DNA of 64,000 nucleotides from Gammaproteobacteria bacterium (GTDB taxonomy: Bacteria > Pseudomonadota > Gammaproteobacteria > Ga0077536). The notes beneath the pieces are model-generated. The model did no database searches, was not told the DNA's origin, and was given only the letters and a program-made list of their open reading frames with translations. Positions 59,604 through 64,000 of this stretch are shown piece after piece (position 1 is the first letter of the stretch; each line of letters opens with the position of its first letter). A program made the position numbers and the translations under genes. The stretch lies in NCBI GenBank assembly GCA_965217605.1, contig CBDCJB010000014.1, forward strand, positions 12,407 to 76,406. The letters run 5' to 3'.

Positions 59604-60950
59604 CTAGCTCCAGGGGAATGGGCTATTGGAAGTCGGGTGCAGCCGTCCTTCGGCATAGCGCGAAAAACGAAACGGCTCTAGTAATTGGGATTTCGCGCCC
59701 ACGATCTCTTCGGCCACGAGCTTGCCGACGCCGATCATTTTGTAGCCATGATTCGAGTCGGCAATGATGTAACAGTTTTCGCGAAACACATCGAAGACCG
59801 GGAAACGATCCGGCGTAAAACAACCGATACCGCCGGACGGTTCGTCTTTGTATTCGACGAGCTTGCCTTCGAAACGCTTCTGGCAGTGCGCCAACGACGA
59901 CACCCAGCGGCGTGCGAAGGTCTCGCCCATTACGTAATCGGGCGATTCGTGACCGTAAGGGTCGACGCGTACTTCGTCAGACGGCGTCGATACCTTGTCC
60001 GGGACAGCGCCACCTTGCACGCCACCGAAATTAAAGTCCGGTTTGTAATAAATGCCCCACAAGTCCTCAGTAATGACCGCGCCGTCATCGTCGGCAACGA
60101 GCGGTGCGTCGGTATCCACGTGAATGACCGGGGGCATCGCGCCGTCGTTGGTCTTGAGTAAATTCGGGTCGACACCCAAGGTCCCTTCTTGTAGAGACAA
60201 GAAATCCCACATCGGGACGCGGTCGTGCACGATTCCATCCTTGCCCTTTATCGCGATGGCCTTCGGCAACTCCAACAGTTCCCACACCTGCTTGATCCAC
60301 GGCCCGACCCCGACGACGACGTAATCGCATTCGATACGGCCCTGATCCGTCTCGACCGCCGTGATCGCGTCCGTGGCGGTACTCGCCACGTCGAATCCCG
60401 TAACTCTGACACCAACTCGAATGGTGACGCCCTCCGCCTCAGCCTTATTGGCGAGGCCCATCATGCTCGGCACGTTGTTGGCGTATCCGCCGCGCTTTTC
60501 ATGCAGCACCGACGTGATATTTTGCGCCTGCCAATCGTCGAAGAGCCCCTTCATGTAGCTCATCGAGTCGCCCGCACCTTCGATGAACACGGATTCGTAT
60601 CCGATATCTTTTTGCTGCTGCGCGATGGAAGCGACGCCTTCGTGCATGCATTCTGGAGAGATCTGCATGTAGCCGACCGGGTGGTAACTAAACGCTTGCC
60701 TGTCGCTATCCCACACGTCGACGCTGTGCGCCATTAATTCACGCATCGCGGGTTGAAAGTAATTGTTGCGAATGACGCCGCAGGCGATGCCGGAGGCTCC
60801 GGCCGCGATGCCGGTCTTGTCGATGATTTGGATGTCGGCGCCGCTACCCTGGCCGTTGGCTTTGAGTTGCAGCGCCAGATGATAGGCCGTGCTCAGTCCC
60901 TGTACGCCAGCTCCGATGATCAGGTATTTCGTCTTCGACTTCGAAGCCAC
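59604..60950 (-). CDS. FAD-dependent oxidoreductase (DAO/sarcosine oxidase beta-like fold)
   Basis: IIGAGVQGLS, GASGIACG.IRN, TPDRFP, DSNHGYK..G.G; GTG start with gagg RBS. Confidence 0.85.
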   Translation of the reverse strand: MASKSKTKYLIIGAGVQGLSTAYHLALQLKANGQGSGADIQIIDKTGIAAGASGIACGVIRNNYFQPAMRELMAHSVDVWDSDRQAFSYHPVGYMQISPECMHEGVASIAQQQKDIGYESVFIEGAGDSMSYMKGLFDDWQAQNITSVLHEKRGGYANNVPSMMGLANKAEAEGVTIRVGVRVTGFDVASTATDAITAVETDQGRIECDYVVVGVGPWIKQVWELLELPKAIAIKGKDGIVHDRVPMWDFLSLQEGTLGVDPNLLKTNDGAMPPVIHVDTDAPLVADDDGAVITEDLWGIYYKPDFNFGGVQGGAVPDKVSTPSDEVRVDPYGHESPDYVMGETFARRWVSSLAHCQKRFEGKLVEYKDEPSGGIGCFTPDRFPVFDVFRENCYIIADSNHGYKMIGVGKLVAEEIVGAKSQLLEPFRFSRYAEGRLHPTSNSPFPWS

Positions 60951-61112
60951 GCTACGCGACCTCCTCGCATTCATTTACTGAACTGGGTTGGCGCCCTCGT
61001 GACCATTCGAGAAGTTGCATGTTATGCAATTTTTATTTACTACCATACAACTCTTCGATCGCTAGCGTCAAGCTCGAAACAGGCCGCCGCGGGCATCGAT
61101 AGAATAGCGCGC

Positions 61113-62453
61113 ATGACCCCGGAAAGCTTCGAGATGTTCTGGGCCGATGCCGTTGGATGGGTCTGGGGTCTGCCGCTCGTCATGACGCTCGGGTTGGCCG
61201 GCGTGTACTTCGCGTTCATCAGCCGCCTGACGCCACTCCGCCACCTGGGTCATGCCTTCGCGATCTTGTCGGGCCGATTCGATCGACAGCGCGCGCCCGG
61301 CGAGATCACGCACTTTCGCGCCTTGAGTGCCGCGTTGTCCGGCACCATCGGCATGGGCAATATCGCAGGCGTCGCGATCGCCATTACCGCGGGCGGGTCG
61401 GGCGCGGTGTTCTGGATGTGGGTCGCGGGTGCGCTCGGCATGGCGACGAAGTTCTTCACCTGCACGCTGTCTTGCATGTATCGCAAACGCGACGAAAACG
61501 GGGTCATGCAGGGCGGCCCGATGTACTACATCGAGATCGGCCTGGGGACGCGGTTCAAACCACTGGCGTGGCTGTTTGCGGCATGCGGCATGGTCGGTTG
61601 CCTCGGCGTTTTCCAGTCGAACCAATTGGCCAATCTCATCGCCGCCGAGTGGTCCGTCGAACCGACGTGGACCGGCCTTGCCGCGATGCTGATCGTCGGC
61701 AGCGTCGTGATCGGTGGCGCGGTGCGGGTCGGTCAGGTGGCGGGCCTTCTGGTCCCTGCCATGTGTGTTGGATATCTAATCGGTTGCATCGTCGTCATCG
61801 TCGATCATTTCGACCGCGTTCCCGCCGTACTTGCCGCGATCGTCACCGGCGCCTTCGATCCGGCGGCGGCCTTGGGCGGCGCGACGGGATTAACCGTCAA
61901 GGAGATCCTCGTAACCGGCGTAAAACGCGCCGTGTTCTCCAATGAGGCCGGCGTCGGTACGGAGGCCATGGCGCACGGCGCCGCGCGTACCGCGGAACCG
62001 GTACGCGAAGGCCTGGTTGCGATGTTGGGCCCTTTGATCGATACGCATATCGTGTGCACGTTGACCGCGCTCGTGATCCTGACCAGCGGCGTAGCCGTTC
62101 ACGATGCGGGGGTGGTCATGACGGCCAATGCGTTCGAGGGCAGCATGCCAGGCTTCGGCGCGCCGCTACTCGTGACGATCTTCACCCTGTTCGCCGTCAC
62201 CACGATGATTACCTATGCGTATTACAGCGTTAAGTGTGCACGTTATTTATTCGGGCACGCGCTCGGCGGTCGCTTCGTGTATTTGTACCTCGCGCTGATC
62301 CCGCTCGCCGCGGTGTGGCAACCGTCGACGACGGTGAATATCGTCGATACGTTTTTCGCGTTAATGGTGATCCCGAATCTGATCGCGACGGTCCTGCTCG
62401 CGCCTAAAGTGCTTGCAGCGAGCGCTGACTACTTTCAATCGGGTGCTACTTAG
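61113..62453 (+). CDS. Alanine/glycine:cation symporter (AGCS) family
   Basis: ALSGTIG.GNIAGVA.AI..GG.GA.FWMW, GGPMYYI, FSNEAG.G, IDT..VCT.TAL. Confidence 0.92.
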   Translation: MTPESFEMFWADAVGWVWGLPLVMTLGLAGVYFAFISRLTPLRHLGHAFAILSGRFDRQRAPGEITHFRALSAALSGTIGMGNIAGVAIAITAGGSGAVFWMWVAGALGMATKFFTCTLSCMYRKRDENGVMQGGPMYYIEIGLGTRFKPLAWLFAACGMVGCLGVFQSNQLANLIAAEWSVEPTWTGLAAMLIVGSVVIGGAVRVGQVAGLLVPAMCVGYLIGCIVVIVDHFDRVPAVLAAIVTGAFDPAAALGGATGLTVKEILVTGVKRAVFSNEAGVGTEAMAHGAARTAEPVREGLVAMLGPLIDTHIVCTLTALVILTSGVAVHDAGVVMTANAFEGSMPGFGAPLLVTIFTLFAVTTMITYAYYSVKCARYLFGHALGGRFVYLYLALIPLAAVWQPSTTVNIVDTFFALMVIPNLIATVLLAPKVLAASADYFQSGAT

Positions 62454-64000
62454 GGACGATCTCCCCCGTTTTGCGTTTGAAGCGCTCGTCGTCGGCAAGA
62501 TCTCGCACATATCGCCAGTCGGCTTCCGCTCGTTCGAGGTACAGCCGCCGCTTGATCGGTGCGTCGTCACCGCGCAGGTGGATATGCGCGTTCAATCCCG
62601 CGCGGCCAAGCTGCATGTTTCTCGGACCAAATACGGAAACGGTCCACGCCACGCGGTCTGGATGATTTTCATTGAGCCAGATCTCGACATGGCGCGCGGC
62701 CGCGAGGGTGACGACGCCGATGCTCCCGGGCTCTGGCTCGATTAAGGGGTGGGCGGCCGCTAATTGCCCCGGCTCGAGCGCGCCCACGATTTCCCAGCGC
62801 CCGTCCCGCGTCTTCAATTGAACCGTGGCAACGTGTTCCTGCTCACCGATGCGATAGGCGAGCACGCTGTGACCGTACTGCGTATCTTTTGATGCATCGC
62901 CGGTCTGATAACTGGCGACGTTGTCGTCGATCTCGAGTGCCGCGCCGAGGTGGATTTGCTCGAGGTACTGGAAGCCCAGGTACCGGAACGAGGAAAGGCC
63001 GGCGCGGGTGAGATCGGGTTCAACGTCGACCCGCCCCTCGACGAACGACTCGAAGTTCCCCGCGACGTGGGTGCGTTGGCTGGGATGGAGATCGAGTTCG
63101 ATGCTTCCCGGGATGCGGTTGCCGGTGAGCTTGCCGGTTACCAAACGCATCCGATAGCCGTCCTGCACGATATTCGTCTTACCAAATTCGCTATCACCCT
63201 CCGGGTAGTCGATGAAGATCGTCGGGGAGTCGAATGCGGTGCTGTTTTCGTCGACGACGAGCTCGAGTTGTTCCGGTAGCGCGTCTTTATCGAGGTTCAG
63301 GTGGACGGTGAATTCAAAATCCTCGCGTTGGTGGAAGGTGAACACCCAACCTTCGAAAAATATTCGATGCGGTTCGAACGGGAAGCCCGCCAATTGCCCC
63401 TTCACGGCACCTTTGATGCCGGGAGTCTCGGGCTGCGACGCAATGACGCCCCGGTTCTGCGCGGGCACCGCTGCGTGCGAAGGGCGATCGGTCGGGCGTA
63501 CGCTATACCAATACATCGCAAGCACCACCACCGCGGCACCGACCCAGAACAAGGTACGGGCGCGGGTTGTGGGCTGCCGATCGGTCGCCGGGGCGGATGG
63601 GTCCGCGGCCGAAAGTTGGTAGCCGGCGACGAGTCCGAGCACGCCGCCAAGTAATCCCGGGATCTGAAACGGGTTGAAGCCGATTATGCCGAGCGGCACC
63701 GCATCGGCGACGATCGCTGCCGTTGCGCCTACATACACGATCGTGCCGCTACGCCCGTCGACGAGGCGCGCGGCGGCGAGCACCGCGAGTACACCCGCCA
63801 CTATCACGAGCACGCCCGCGGCGGCGAGCCCGCCGCCGACTTGCGCCGCGAGCTGCATGAACGGTAAGGACTCGGCCGACTCACCGCCCATTGACAAAAT
63901 CGCGTCACCCATCGTGCCCATCAAGGCGAGGAATCCGCCGCCCAAGGCGCCGGCCGCGACATACGCCATCCCCGCGATTAAATCGAGGATGAACGCAATG
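62446..64000 (-). CDS. Hypothetical membrane-anchored protein (5' end beyond window)
   Basis: The frame stays open to the window edge (..IAFILDLIAGMAYV..); several N-terminal TM helices followed by a soluble domain. Confidence 0.6.
   Translation of the reverse strand, partial: IAFILDLIAGMAYVAAGALGGGFLALMGTMGDAILSMGGESAESLPFMQLAAQVGGGLAAAGVLVIVAGVLAVLAAARLVDGRSGTIVYVGATAAIVADAVPLGIIGFNPFQIPGLLGGVLGLVAGYQLSAADPSAPATDRQPTTRARTLFWVGAAVVVLAMYWYSVRPTDRPSHAAVPAQNRGVIASQPETPGIKGAVKGQLAGFPFEPHRIFFEGWVFTFHQREDFEFTVHLNLDKDALPEQLELVVDENSTAFDSPTIFIDYPEGDSEFGKTNIVQDGYRMRLVTGKLTGNRIPGSIELDLHPSQRTHVAGNFESFVEGRVDVEPDLTRAGLSSFRYLGFQYLEQIHLGAALEIDDNVASYQTGDASKDTQYGHSVLAYRIGEQEHVATVQLKTRDGRWEIVGALEPGQLAAAHPLIEPEPGSIGVVTLAAARHVEIWLNENHPDRVAWTVSVFGPRNMQLGRAGLNAHIHLRGDDAPIKRRLYLERAEADWRYVRDLADDERFKRKTGEIVPK

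Overview
Bacterial DNA, probably a GC-rich proteobacterium (gamma-like; inferred from gene content). It splits into two parts. (1) 1-~37 kb is an accessory region. Short, functionally unrelated gene modules (ABM, PEP-CTERM-type proteins, FAD disulfide reductase, quinohemoprotein dehydrogenase, NYN nuclease, CspA, cyclase-AAA, LLM, DUF1326, VOC, SDRs, BVMO, TPR, SGNH, LinD-like) are separated by about 10 co-oriented copies of a degenerate 85-150 bp composite repeat. A truncated PWNKG-type tyrosine recombinase lies in the middle. The region also holds IS630, IS3 and IS1595 elements and two MITEs, several of which landed inside the repeats. This looks like an integron-like cassette array with non-attC sites (inference). 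(2) ~37-64 kb is a mostly metabolic block. It contains an unannotated CxxU selenoprotein of the AhpD/CMD family with a bacterial-SECIS-like hairpin, and a long minus-strand amine-catabolism cluster (FAD oxidoreductase, GS-like, mgsABC-like, mgdABCD-like, gmaS-like, XRE-cupin regulator, Amt). No rRNA, tRNA or CRISPR array was recognised. All family calls are by eye from motifs; no database search was run.
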